From the NCBI GenBank assembly GCA_036271575.1, contig DATBAJ010000071.1, positions 65-64,064 of the forward strand: a stretch of DNA of 64,000 nt. The letters are read 5' to 3'. The notes beneath the pieces were generated by a model. The model was not told the DNA's origin and ran no database searches. It saw only the letters and a list, made by a program, of their open reading frames with translations. Numbering within the stretch: the stretch's first letter is position 1; each line of letters begins with the position of its first letter. A program made the translations under genes and the position numbers. Positions 36,930 through 46,317 of the stretch are shown piece by piece. This stretch comes from Gammaproteobacteria bacterium. Its GTDB lineage: Bacteria; Pseudomonadota; Gammaproteobacteria; Natronospirales; REEB76.

Positions 36930-37571
36930 ATGTCCCCTATGTCTTCCGTTCCCGAGAACGCCGCGGGCCGGTTGCTGCGACAGCACTGGCCGTTGTTGGT
37001 CTTGCTCGTTCCTTGCCTGTTGTTGGCAGCAGCGGGCGAGCCGGCACGCATGTTGCTGCGCTATGACAGGGCGGCCATCGAACACGGCGAGATCTGGCGG
37101 CTGTTCAGCGGCAACTTCGTGCACCTAGGCCTCGGGCATCTCCTCGAAGACATGGCGGGGCTGGTGCTGCTATGGCTGCTGTTCGAGGACGTGTTGCCCG
37201 GCTGGCGCACGCCGGCCGTGGTCTGCCTGGGTTCGCTGGCAGTGGGTCTCGGGCTCCTCATCGGCGACCGACACGTGGATTGGTACGTCGGCATCTCCGG
37301 CGCCCTCGACACCTTATGGGCCGCGGGCGCGCTGGGCCTGCTGCGCCGGCGCGATCGCTTCGGCTGGATGCTGTCCGTCGTGCTCCTGGCGAAGCTCGTC
37401 TATGAGCAGTGTTTCGGCGCATTGCCGTTCTCCAGTGTCTCTTCCGGCGGCATGGTGATCGTGGATGCACATCTCTACGGCGCGCTGGCCGGCGCACTCA
37501 TCGGTTTTGGCAGTGCCCTGCCATGGCGCCGTATAATGCGCGGGTCGCAGCAGGCCGGAGACGGAGTATGA
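36930..37571 (+). CDS. Rhomboid-family intramembrane serine protease, probably rhombosortase
   Basis: 213 aa, about 6 TM helices, no extra domains. ..LRYDRAAIEHGEIWRLFSGNFVHLGLGHLL.. and GISGALD (Ser) plus a later ..VDAHLYGALAG.. (His) fit the rhombosortase (TIGR03902-type) layout as I remember it. A generic rhomboid cannot be excluded. Confidence 0.55.
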   Translation: MSPMSSVPENAAGRLLRQHWPLLVLLVPCLLLAAAGEPARMLLRYDRAAIEHGEIWRLFSGNFVHLGLGHLLEDMAGLVLLWLLFEDVLPGWRTPAVVCLGSLAVGLGLLIGDRHVDWYVGISGALDTLWAAGALGLLRRRDRFGWMLSVVLLAKLVYEQCFGALPFSSVSSGGMVIVDAHLYGALAGALIGFGSALPWRRIMRGSQQAGDGV

Positions 37572-38503
37572 GTTTCGCCGCGGTGTTCCCAGGCCAGGGT
37601 TCCCAGTCCATCGGCATGTTGAGCGAACTTGGCCCCGCGCACCCTGAGGTGCAGCAGACCTTCGCCGAAGCTTCGTCCGTATTGGGGTATGACCTGTGGA
37701 CCCTGTGCCAGCAGGGCCCCGAGGACAGATTGAATTCGACACAGCAGACACAGCCTGCCTTGCTCGCAGCCGGCACCGCGGTGTGGCGCGCATGGAAGGC
37801 CGCCAGCGGCGCCGACCCTGCCGCCATGGCGGGCCACAGCCTCGGTGAATACACCGCGCTGGTCTGCGCCGGTGCGCTGGATTTCAAGGCGGCCATCAAA
37901 CTGGTGGAATTCCGCGGCCTCGCCATGCAGGAAGCCGTGCCCGCGGGGCAGGGTGCCATGGCGGCGATCATCGGCCTCGACGACGATGCGGTGCGTGCCG
38001 CCTGCGCTGAAGCCGCTCAGGGCGAGGTGGTGGAAGCCGTGAACTTCAATGCGCCGGGCCAAGTGGTGATAGCCGGTTCGAAGGCCGCCGTGGAGCGGGC
38101 CGGTGAGGCCTGCAAGGCCCGTGGCGCAAAGCGTGCGCTGCTGCTGCCGGTGAGCGCCCCTTCCCATTGCGCGCTCATGAAACCGGCTGCCGAGCGTCTC
38201 GCCCAGAAGCTCGCGGCACTCGATGTCAAAGCGCCGCGCATCCCGGTGATCCATAACGTGGACGTGCGCGCCCATTCGAATCCCGACGAGATCCGCGCCA
38301 TGCTCAAGGCGCAGCTGCACAGCCCGGTGCGTTGGGTCGAGACCGTGCAGAAGCTGGCGGGCGACGGCCTGATGAAGCAGCTGGAGTTCGGCCCCGGCAA
38401 GGTGCTGGTGGGTCTCGCCAAGCGCATCGACAAGAGCGTGGAATGCCTTCCCGTCTATGATCCCACGACGCTGCAGGCCGCCCTGGCCGCGGCAGGAGCC
38501 TGA
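37568..38503 (+). CDS. fabD: Malonyl-CoA:ACP transacylase
   Basis: 311 aa from ATG 37568 (MSFAAVFPGQGSQSIGML..). GHSLGEY active-site Ser motif. ATGA overlap with the upstream rhomboid gene. The track start at 37409 is a run-on. Confidence 0.9.
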   Translation: MSFAAVFPGQGSQSIGMLSELGPAHPEVQQTFAEASSVLGYDLWTLCQQGPEDRLNSTQQTQPALLAAGTAVWRAWKAASGADPAAMAGHSLGEYTALVCAGALDFKAAIKLVEFRGLAMQEAVPAGQGAMAAIIGLDDDAVRAACAEAAQGEVVEAVNFNAPGQVVIAGSKAAVERAGEACKARGAKRALLLPVSAPSHCALMKPAAERLAQKLAALDVKAPRIPVIHNVDVRAHSNPDEIRAMLKAQLHSPVRWVETVQKLAGDGLMKQLEFGPGKVLVGLAKRIDKSVECLPVYDPTTLQAALAAAGA

Positions 38504-38505
38504 GC

Positions 38506-39246
38506 ATGCTGGAACAGGACATCGCCCTCGTCACCGGCGCCACTCGCGGCATCGGCAAGGCCATCGCGCTTGCGTTGGGCAAGGCCGGCGCCACGGTGGT
38601 CGGCACCGCCACCAAGTCCGAGGGCGCCGATCAGATCAGCGCCTATCTCAAGGCCGAAGGCGTGAAGGGCAAGGGCCTGGTGCTGAACGTGGCCGATCCG
38701 GCGCAGATCGACGCGTCGCTGAAAGCCCTGGTCGCCGAGTTCGGCGATCCCACCATCCTGGTCAACAACGCCGGCATCACCCGCGACACGCTGCTGTTGC
38801 GCATGAAGGATGAGGACTGGAACGCGGTGATCGAGACCGATCTCACCTCGGTGTTCCGCCTGTCCAAGGCCTGCCTGCGCGGCATGATGAAGGCGCGGCG
38901 TGGACGCATCATCAGCATCGCCTCGGTGGTGGGCGCGAGCGGCAATCCCGGCCAGGCCAACTACTGCGCCGCCAAGGCCGGCATCATGGGATTCACGCGC
39001 TCGCTGGCCCAGGAGGTGGGTTCGCGCGACATCACCGTGAACACGGTGGCGCCGGGCTTCATCGACACCGACATGACCCGCGGGCTGAGCGAAGAGCAGC
39101 GCACGGGGCTGCTGCAGAAGATCCCGCTGGCGCGGCTCGGCGCACCGGAAGACATCGCCCAGACGGTGCTGTTCCTGGCATCCCCGGGCGCGGGCTACAT
39201 CACCGGCGAGACGATCCACGTGAATGGCGGCATGTACATGGCTTGA
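38506..39246 (+). CDS. fabG: 3-oxoacyl-ACP reductase
   Basis: 246 aa. TGATRGIGKAIA cofactor motif, NNAG, and the S..YCAAK catalytic triad region. Canonical position between fabD and acpP. Confidence 0.9.
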   Translation: MLEQDIALVTGATRGIGKAIALALGKAGATVVGTATKSEGADQISAYLKAEGVKGKGLVLNVADPAQIDASLKALVAEFGDPTILVNNAGITRDTLLLRMKDEDWNAVIETDLTSVFRLSKACLRGMMKARRGRIISIASVVGASGNPGQANYCAAKAGIMGFTRSLAQEVGSRDITVNTVAPGFIDTDMTRGLSEEQRTGLLQKIPLARLGAPEDIAQTVLFLASPGAGYITGETIHVNGGMYMA

Positions 39247-39424
39247 GCCAAAAACCTCAGGCCAGTGAGGGGGTTTTGGGGAGAAAAGCCGCAAAAAGCC
39301 GTATTTACAACGGGTCTAAGGTGCAACTGGCGAAGCGAGGGGGGTTTCTCTACAATACCGACCCCAGTTTGGCCGGCTAAGCCGAGGACCGAACTGTTTT
39401 GTCACACTGGGAGTCCTAACCGTC

Positions 39425-39667
39425 ATGAGCAGCATTGAAGAACGCGTGAAGAAGATCGTCGTCGAGCAGCTGGGTGTGAAAGAAGATCAGGTCACCCCGC
39501 AGGCTTCCTTCGTGGACGATCTGGGTGCTGACTCGCTGGACACCGTGGAACTGGTCATGGCGCTCGAAGAGGAATTCGAGTGCGAGATCCCGGACGAAGA
39601 GGCCGAGAAGATCACCACCGTCGGCCAGGCTACCGGCTACATCAAGGAACACCTGCCTAACGCCTGA
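39425..39667 (+). CDS. acpP: Acyl carrier protein
   Basis: 80 aa. [43 protein letters not shown].. with the DSLD phosphopantetheine attachment site. Confidence 0.95.
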   Translation: MSSIEERVKKIVVEQLGVKEDQVTPQASFVDDLGADSLDTVELVMALEEEFECEIPDEEAEKITTVGQATGYIKEHLPNA

Positions 39668-39802
39668 GTGGCGGGGTTTCGAAAGCAAGCGCCGTTGTCA
39701 TCGTGAGGTGGCAGCGGCCTTGTGCTTTATGCATCCCGCATCCCTGAAGCGTCATATCGCCTGCCGTATACTGGTCTTGGCAGATTCTAGAGGGTAAGTA
39801 CC

Positions 39803-41050
39803 GTGTCTAAGCGCCGCATCGTCGTCACAGGAATGGGCATCATCTCGCCGGTGGGCAACAGCGTGGACGAGGCTTGGGCCGCCGTCCTCGCCGGCAAGAG
39901 CGGCGTGGGCATGGTCACGCACTTCGATGTCACCAACTACCCGACCCGCATCGCCGCGGAGGTCAAGGGCTTCGATCCAGCGACTTACATCACGCCCAAA
40001 GACATCAAGAAGATGGACCCGTTCGTGCACTACGGCATCGCGGCGTCCGTCCAGGCGTTCAAGGATTCCGGCATCGAGGTGACGGAGGCCAACGCGGCGC
40101 GCATCGGCGTGGCGGTAGGCGCCGGCATCGGCGGCCTCACCAATATCGAGAAGGCTCATAGCTCGATCATCGACAACAACAACAGCCCGAAGCGGGTGTC
40201 GCCGTTCTTCGTGCCGTCCAGCATCATCAACATGATCTCCGGGCATCTCTCGATCATGTACGGCCTCAAGGGGCCGAACTACGCGGTGGTCACCGCTTGC
40301 ACCACCGCCAACCACAACATCGGCATGGCCATGCGCAACATCCAGTACGGCGATGCCGACGTGATGGTGGCTGGCGGTGCCGAGATGGCCACCACGCCGC
40401 TCGGTCTGGGCGGGTTCTGTGCCGCGCGCGCTCTCTCCGAGCGCAACGATGCGCCGGAGAAGGCCAGCCGGCCCTGGGACAAGGACCGGGACGGCTTCGT
40501 GCTGGGTGAGGGCGCGGGGGTGCTGGTGCTGGAAGAGTACGAACATGCCAAGAAGCGCGGCGCCAAGATCTACGCGGAACTCATCGGCTTCGGCATGAGC
40601 GGTGACGCCTATCATATGACCTCGCCGCCGGAAGACGGCGAAGGCGCGCGTCAGTGCATGGTGAACTCACTGCACGATGCCGGCCTCACGCCCGACAAGA
40701 TCGATTACATCAATGCCCATGGCACCTCCACGCCGGTGGGCGACAAGGGCGAGACCATCGCCATCAAACGCGCCTTCGGTGACTACGCGAAGAAGGTAGC
40801 GGTCAGTTCCACCAAGTCGATGACCGGGCACCTGCTGGGCGCCGCCGGCGGCGTGGAAGCGGTGTTCAGCATCCTCGCGTTGCGCGATCAGGTGGCGCCG
40901 CCCACCATCAACCTGGACAACCCCGATCCCGAATGCGATCTCGACTACGTGCCGAAGACGGCGCGCAAGATGAAGATCGACGTGGTGCTCTCCAACTCCT
41001 TCGGCTTCGGCGGCACCAACGGTACGCTGGTATTTCGCCGCCCGAGCTGA
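39803..41050 (+). CDS. fabF: 3-oxoacyl-ACP synthase II
   Basis: 415 aa with a GTG start. [15 protein letters not shown], active-site Cys in VVTACTT, HGTSTP and GHLLGAAG histidine motifs, and a C-terminal [10 protein letters not shown]. Confidence 0.9.
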   Translation: MSKRRIVVTGMGIISPVGNSVDEAWAAVLAGKSGVGMVTHFDVTNYPTRIAAEVKGFDPATYITPKDIKKMDPFVHYGIAASVQAFKDSGIEVTEANAARIGVAVGAGIGGLTNIEKAHSSIIDNNNSPKRVSPFFVPSSIINMISGHLSIMYGLKGPNYAVVTACTTANHNIGMAMRNIQYGDADVMVAGGAEMATTPLGLGGFCAARALSERNDAPEKASRPWDKDRDGFVLGEGAGVLVLEEYEHAKKRGAKIYAELIGFGMSGDAYHMTSPPEDGEGARQCMVNSLHDAGLTPDKIDYINAHGTSTPVGDKGETIAIKRAFGDYAKKVAVSSTKSMTGHLLGAAGGVEAVFSILALRDQVAPPTINLDNPDPECDLDYVPKTARKMKIDVVLSNSFGFGGTNGTLVFRRPS

Positions 41051-41090
41051 GCGGCCACGTCGCTTGAGCGCGGCGCACCCAGCCATCTCC

Positions 41091-42440
41091 ATGAGCCCGT
41101 TCGACTACGGCACCGATCTGGCGGCCGCCTGCCGGCATGAACCGGCACTCTTCCCGTTCCTGTTGGAGAGCGCTGCGCGCGGCGGCGCCCAGGGACGTTG
41201 CGACATCCTGTTCGCGCGGCCGGATCCGGAGATGCTGGTGCTGCATGCGGACGGGCGTCTCACCGGTCCCCATGCCGCGGCTGGCGGCGGCGATTTCCTG
41301 ACTGCGCTCGATCACTGGTGGCGCGCCGAGCGCACGGGATCCGAATCCGCGACCCCCACCGTGCCGTTCCGGGGCGGCTGGTTCCTCTACCTGGGTTACG
41401 AGCTGGCGGCGCAGATAGAGCCGGATCTCGGATTGCATCCGGGACATGACCTCCCCGTCGCGTTCGCCGCGCGTGTGCCGGCGGCACTGGTGCGGGAGCA
41501 TGCTTCGGGCAACGTGAGCTACGTGACCGAACCTGGCACGGACCCTGCCATCGGCAGGGCTTTGGCGGCAGCCCTGGCTGCTGTGCCATCCCCGGAGGTG
41601 CCCGCCATCGCCGGCGGGCTGCGGGAGGACGAGCCCCGGCACTACCTGGAACAGGTGGAGCGGGCGCGACGCTATATATATGAGGGAGACATCTTCCAAG
41701 CCAACCTGAGCCGGCGCTGGAGCGCGGGCCTCGCCGGGGGCGCTGACAGCACCGCTCTCTACGCACGCCTGCGCCGCGCCAACCCGGCGCCTTTCGCCGG
41801 CCTCGCCTTGTTCGGCGACTCCGCCATCATCAGTTCTTCGCCGGAGCGGCTGGTCAGCGTGGCCCGCCGGCGGGTGGATACCCGGCCCATCGCCGGTACC
41901 CGGCCCCGCAGCGCGGACGCTGAACGCGACGCGGCCCTGATCCGCGAACTCATCGAGAACCCCAAGGAGCGGGCCGAACATGTGATGCTCCTGGACATGG
42001 AACGCAATGACTTGGGAAGACTCGCGGAGCCGGGCAGCGTGAAGGTGGACGAACTCATGGTGGTGGAGTCTTACACCCACGTGCACCACATCGTGTCCAA
42101 CGTCTGCGCCCGGCTTCGACCCGAGATCACGCCGGCGCAGGTGATCCGCGCGGTATTCCCCGGCGGCACCATCACCGGCTGCCCCAAGGTGCGCTGCATG
42201 CAGATCATCGCCGAGCTGGAGCAGGCGAGCCGGGAGGCTTACACGGGCGCCATGGGTTATCTCAACCTGGATGGTGATCTGGACCTGAACATATTGATCC
42301 GCACCCTGGTGCAGAAAGGCCGGCGCCTGGAGTTCCGCGCCGGCGCCGGCATCGTGGCGGATTCGGTGCCGGAGAAGGAACTGGAGGAGACCCGTGCCAA
42401 GGCGCGTGGCCTCGCGCGCGCGCTGGGAGCGGATGCATGA
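41091..42440 (+). CDS. pabB: Aminodeoxychorismate synthase component I (chorismate-binding enzyme)
   Basis: Chorismate-utilising enzyme motifs ..YEGDIFQANLS.., ..SSSPERLV.. and ..FPGGTITGCPKVRCMQII... A 4-nt overlap with pabC supports PabB rather than TrpE. The start is either ATG 41091 or TTG 41064. Confidence 0.75.
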   Translation: MSPFDYGTDLAAACRHEPALFPFLLESAARGGAQGRCDILFARPDPEMLVLHADGRLTGPHAAAGGGDFLTALDHWWRAERTGSESATPTVPFRGGWFLYLGYELAAQIEPDLGLHPGHDLPVAFAARVPAALVREHASGNVSYVTEPGTDPAIGRALAAALAAVPSPEVPAIAGGLREDEPRHYLEQVERARRYIYEGDIFQANLSRRWSAGLAGGADSTALYARLRRANPAPFAGLALFGDSAIISSSPERLVSVARRRVDTRPIAGTRPRSADAERDAALIRELIENPKERAEHVMLLDMERNDLGRLAEPGSVKVDELMVVESYTHVHHIVSNVCARLRPEITPAQVIRAVFPGGTITGCPKVRCMQIIAELEQASREAYTGAMGYLNLDGDLDLNILIRTLVQKGRRLEFRAGAGIVADSVPEKELEETRAKARGLARALGADA

Positions 42441-43252
42441 AGCCCGCTGCCTGGGTCAACGGCGAACCCGCCGAGACTCTGCGTCTCGCGGATCGTGGCC
42501 TGCAGTACGGCGACGGCCTGTTCGAGACACTGGCGGTGCAGGACGGCCGCATCCGCCGCCTGGGCCTGCACCTCGATCGCCTGCGGGAAGGCTGCGCGCG
42601 CCTGCGCCTGCCCATGCCTGACGAGGCCTTGCTGTGCCGCGAACTGGGACGTGCGGCGGAGGGCGAGACCCGGGCCGTGCTCAAGCTCATGCTCACCCGG
42701 GGCCCCGGCGGACGCGGCTACCGGCCGCCGGAGCCGCCGTCGGTGACGCGCATGGTGTTTCGCCATGCCTGGCCGGACTATCCCGTGGATTGGCACACAC
42801 AAGGCGTCGAGTTGCGTGTCTGCACGACACGTCTCGCGGTGGGTTCGCCTCTCGCAGGCTTGAAGCATCTCAACAGGCTGGAACAAGTGCTGGCCCGGGC
42901 GGAGTGGGGCGAGGGCGCCCAGGAGGGTCTGATGCTCGATGCCGAAGGCCATGTGGTGGAAGGTACAATGACCAATCTGTTCGCGTCGCCAGCCGAAGGT
43001 CGGCTGGTGACGCCGGACTTGAGCCGGTCGGGGGTGGCCGGTGTGACCCGCCGCCATATCCTGGAGCGTGCGCGGGAGGAAGGGCTCAGCGTCGAGGTAC
43101 GCCCACTGCCACTCGATGAATTACTGCGATCTCAAGAGATATTCGTATGCAACTCCATCGCCGGGGTATGGCCCGTGAACCACATCGAGTCGCGCAGCTA
43201 CGCCGTGGGGCCCATGACGCAGCTCGCGGCCCGGTGGGCGGCGGAACCCTGA
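42437..43252 (+). CDS. pabC: Aminodeoxychorismate lyase (class IV aminotransferase fold)
   Basis: 271 aa. ..DRGLQYGDGLFETLAV.. and ..GVAGVTR.. are fold-type IV PLP motifs. Position before mltG, as in enterobacterial pabC-mltG-tmk-holB. Confidence 0.8.
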   Translation: MKPAAWVNGEPAETLRLADRGLQYGDGLFETLAVQDGRIRRLGLHLDRLREGCARLRLPMPDEALLCRELGRAAEGETRAVLKLMLTRGPGGRGYRPPEPPSVTRMVFRHAWPDYPVDWHTQGVELRVCTTRLAVGSPLAGLKHLNRLEQVLARAEWGEGAQEGLMLDAEGHVVEGTMTNLFASPAEGRLVTPDLSRSGVAGVTRRHILERAREEGLSVEVRPLPLDELLRSQEIFVCNSIAGVWPVNHIESRSYAVGPMTQLAARWAAEP

Positions 43253-43256
43253 GCCC

Positions 43257-44258
43257 ATGAAGCGCGGATACCTCATTTCGCCCCTGGTGTTGCTGGCCGC
43301 GCTGGCGGCCGGCGTCGGGTTGTATTGGCACTGGGAGAAGCAGCCGCTTCCCATCGGCGCCCAGGCCGTGGACGTGGAGATCATGCCCGGTGAATCCCTG
43401 CGCCACGTGGCCCAGGAGTTCGCGGCCAAGGGCATCCTGGGCCACGCCTGGGACCTGGTGCTCTACGCGCGCCTGCACGAGGCGGCGGGTGGCCTGCGGG
43501 CCGGTGAATACAGCGTCGAACCCGGTACCACCGTCGCGGGCCTGCTCACTCTCCTGCGCAGCGGCAAGGTGGTGATGCATTCCTTGACGCTGGTGGACGG
43601 CTGGAACCTCAAAGAAGTGTTCGCGGCGGTCGAGAACGAACCGAACCTCAAGCACACCCTGACGGATGCCCATCCGGAGGTGCTGGCGAAAGCACTCGGC
43701 ATCGATGCGGCGAGTCCCGAAGGCATGTTGCTGCCCGACACCTACCAGTTTCCACGCGGCACCAGTGACGTGGCTTTCCTGCGCCGCGCCCGCGAGGCGG
43801 CGCAGCAGGAGATAGACAAAGAGTGGGCGGAGCGGGCGACGGGACTACCCTATGCGAGACCCTATGATGCACTGATCATGGCATCCATCGTCGAGAAGGA
43901 GACGGCACAACCCTTCGAGCGCGGCAAGATCGCCGGGGTATTCGTGCGCCGCCTGCAGAAGGGCATGAAGCTGCAGACTGATCCGACAGTGATCTACGGC
44001 CTCGGCGATGCTTACAACGGCGACATCACGCTGAAGGATCTGCGTACCGACACCCCCTATAACTCCTACACCCGCTTCGGCATGCCACCCACACCCATCT
44101 GCATGCCGGGCCGGGCCGCCATCGAAGCTGCATTGCATCCCGAACCCGGCAATGCGCTGTATTTCGTGGCGCGAGGCGACGGCACTCATCAGTTCTCCGC
44201 CACCCTGAAGCAGCAGAACGAAGCGGTGGCGAAATACCAGTTGCACCACAGCCAATGA
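43257..44258 (+). CDS. mltG: Endolytic murein transglycosylase (YceG family)
   Basis: 333 aa. N-terminal anchor, then ..SIVEKETA..ERGKIAGVFVRRLQKGMKLQTDPTVIYG..YNSYTRFGMPPTPICMPG.. are YceG/MltG motifs. Confidence 0.85.
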   Translation: MKRGYLISPLVLLAALAAGVGLYWHWEKQPLPIGAQAVDVEIMPGESLRHVAQEFAAKGILGHAWDLVLYARLHEAAGGLRAGEYSVEPGTTVAGLLTLLRSGKVVMHSLTLVDGWNLKEVFAAVENEPNLKHTLTDAHPEVLAKALGIDAASPEGMLLPDTYQFPRGTSDVAFLRRAREAAQQEIDKEWAERATGLPYARPYDALIMASIVEKETAQPFERGKIAGVFVRRLQKGMKLQTDPTVIYGLGDAYNGDITLKDLRTDTPYNSYTRFGMPPTPICMPGRAAIEAALHPEPGNALYFVARGDGTHQFSATLKQQNEAVAKYQLHHSQ

Positions 44259-44908
44259 CGATCAGGAAAACCAAGACCCGTCGCGGACGTTTCATCACCC
44301 TGGAGGGTGCCGAGGGCGTCGGCAAGTCCACGCACCTGCAGTTCGTGTGCGCCGAGATCCGCGCCCGCAGCCTGAAGGTACTGGAGACCCGGGAGCCGGG
44401 TGGTACGCCGGAGGCAGACGAGATCCGCGCCACCCTGCTCAAGGTGCGTGGTGTGGCGTTCGATCCCATGGCAGAGTTGTTGTTGATGTTCGCGGCGCGG
44501 GCCCTGCACGTGGATAACGTGATCCGCCCAGCCCTGGCTGCAGGAACATGGGTGGTCTGCGACCGCTTCACCGACGCGAGCTATGCCTATCAGGGCGGTG
44601 GGCGCGGTATCCCGACGGCGCGTATCGCGGCCTTGGAGCGCATGGTGCTGCACGGCTTGAAACCCGACCTCACCCTGTTGCTGGACGTGAAGGTGGCGAT
44701 AGGCATGGCGCGGGCACGCGAGCGCGGGACCCTCGATCGCTTCGAGCGGGAACAGGATGCATTCTTCGAGCGTGTGCGCCGCGTGTATCGGGCCCGTGCC
44801 CGCCGCGAGCCGCGACGCATCGCCATGGTCGACGCGGGTCAGGACATCCCGAGCGTGCAACGGGACCTGGCGGCGATCCTGGATGAGCGCCTGGAGCGCT
44901 GGACATGA
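44255..44908 (+). CDS. tmk: Thymidylate kinase
   Basis: 217 aa. P-loop ITLEGAEGVGKST, plus a DRF..S..AYQG motif. ATGA overlap with mltG. Confidence 0.9.
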   Translation: MTIRKTKTRRGRFITLEGAEGVGKSTHLQFVCAEIRARSLKVLETREPGGTPEADEIRATLLKVRGVAFDPMAELLLMFAARALHVDNVIRPALAAGTWVVCDRFTDASYAYQGGGRGIPTARIAALERMVLHGLKPDLTLLLDVKVAIGMARARERGTLDRFEREQDAFFERVRRVYRARARREPRRIAMVDAGQDIPSVQRDLAAILDERLERWT

Positions 44909-45972
44909 GCGGGATGCCCGATTACACCGACGTGCCGTTGCCCTGGCAACAGGCAGCCTGGGATTCGCTCGCCGCGCGACTGTCCGCTGGACGGCTTCCC
45001 CATGGACTATTGATCAGCGGGCAGGAGGGTCTCGGCAAGGGATCGTTCGCCGCGGCCTTTGCCCAGCTCGCGCTCTGCAGGCAGCCGCGCGGGAATAGTG
45101 CCTGCGGCGCATGCAGTGCCTGCGCGCAGTTCGCCGCCGGCAGTCATCCGGATTTCCAGCGCATCACCTTCGAGGAACGGGAAGGCAAGGCCGGCGAGGA
45201 AGGTGCGCTCAAGCAGAACATCAGTGTCGAACAGATCCGCGATCTCATCGGCGTTTTGCAGCTACGCAGTCACCAGGGTGGCCGCAAGGTGGCGGTCATT
45301 GAGCCCGCGGAGGGCATGAGCATCGCGGCAGCCAACAGTCTGCTGAAGACACTGGAAGAGCCGCCGGCCGAGACCTTGGTCCTGCTGGTGAGTTCCGCCC
45401 CCGGGCGCCTGCCGGCGACCATCCGCAGCCGCTGCCAGTCCGTAGGCATCGCAGCGCCTAAGCCGGCCGAAGCGCTGGCTTGGCTACAGGCGCGCACGCC
45501 CCGGGAAGACTGGCCGGTGCTGCTGGGATTCAGCGGCGGTGGACCCTTGGCGGCGCTGGCCCTGGCTGATTCCGACATCGATACCCGGCGCAAGGTTTTC
45601 TTCGAAGGTCTGCTGCGCCTACGGACCGCCCAGGCCAATCCGGTGATGCTCGCGACACAACCCAAGGAGCGTTACCCAGAGCTGTTGCAGTTCCTATGGA
45701 GCTTCACGGCGGACCTGATCCTGATCCGCAGCGGAGGAACCACGCGGGTGGTGAACCGGGACCAGTTGCCGCTATTGCAAAAGGCCGCGGAGGGCATACA
45801 CTTGCGTGGCTTGTACGCGTTCCTGGATCGCATCCAGATTGCGATACAGGCGCTGGACAGTTCCACCAATCGTGAGCTTGCCTTCTCGGTACTGCTCTCT
45901 GATTGGGCCGGTGGTCTGGACGAGATCAAGGGGTCGCCGCTGGCGGCGAACGATGCATGGGGTAGTAGATGA
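44905..45972 (+). CDS. holB: DNA polymerase III delta' subunit
   Basis: 355 aa. ..LPHGLLISGQEGLGKGSFA.. degenerate P-loop, zinc-module-like C..CG.C..C (CRQPRGNSACGACSAC), and ..NSLLKTLEEPP.. clamp-loader box. Position after tmk. Confidence 0.85.
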   Translation: MSGMPDYTDVPLPWQQAAWDSLAARLSAGRLPHGLLISGQEGLGKGSFAAAFAQLALCRQPRGNSACGACSACAQFAAGSHPDFQRITFEEREGKAGEEGALKQNISVEQIRDLIGVLQLRSHQGGRKVAVIEPAEGMSIAAANSLLKTLEEPPAETLVLLVSSAPGRLPATIRSRCQSVGIAAPKPAEALAWLQARTPREDWPVLLGFSGGGPLAALALADSDIDTRRKVFFEGLLRLRTAQANPVMLATQPKERYPELLQFLWSFTADLILIRSGGTTRVVNRDQLPLLQKAAEGIHLRGLYAFLDRIQIAIQALDSSTNRELAFSVLLSDWAGGLDEIKGSPLAANDAWGSR

Positions 45973-46316
45973 GCGCACCGCGTCAACAAGGCATCCTCAA
46001 CCTGGCCATCAAGGACAAGAGCGCGCTGTACAGCGCCTATATGCCGTTCGTCAAGAACGGCGGCTTGTTCATTCCTACCAGCAAGGCTTACCAGCTGGGT
46101 GACGAGGTCTTCATCCTGCTGCAACTCATGGATTCTGCCGAGCGTCTGCCGGTAGCCGCCAAGGTGATCTGGGTGACGCCGCGCGGTGCCCAGGGTAAAC
46201 GCGCAGCGGGCATCGGCGTGCAGTTCAGCGAGCAGGACGCGGGCAATACCTCCAAGAAGATCGAGAGCTATCTCGGCGGCGCGCTGCAGGCGGACCGTCC
46301 CACCCACACGATGTAG
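45969..46316 (+). CDS. pilZ: PilZ-domain protein of the type IV pilus PilZ (PA2960-like) class
   Basis: 115 aa. ..ILNLAIKDKSALYSAYMPFVKNGGLFIPT..LGDEVFILLQL..AKVIWVTP..GIGVQF.. matches the tmk-holB-pilZ-linked PilZ proteins of pseudomonads/xanthomonads. ATGA overlap with holB. Confidence 0.8.
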   Translation: MSAPRQQGILNLAIKDKSALYSAYMPFVKNGGLFIPTSKAYQLGDEVFILLQLMDSAERLPVAAKVIWVTPRGAQGKRAAGIGVQFSEQDAGNTSKKIESYLGGALQADRPTHTM

Positions 46317-46317
46317 C

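Noticed and set aside
39247-39424. Imperfect hairpin after fabG (..CCAAAAACCTCAggccagTGAGGGGGTTTTGGGG..) as a terminator or attenuator before acpP
   Set aside because: The stem is short (5 clean bp) with mismatches. Partial termination between fabG and acpP is known in E. coli, but the structure here is too weak to annotate.
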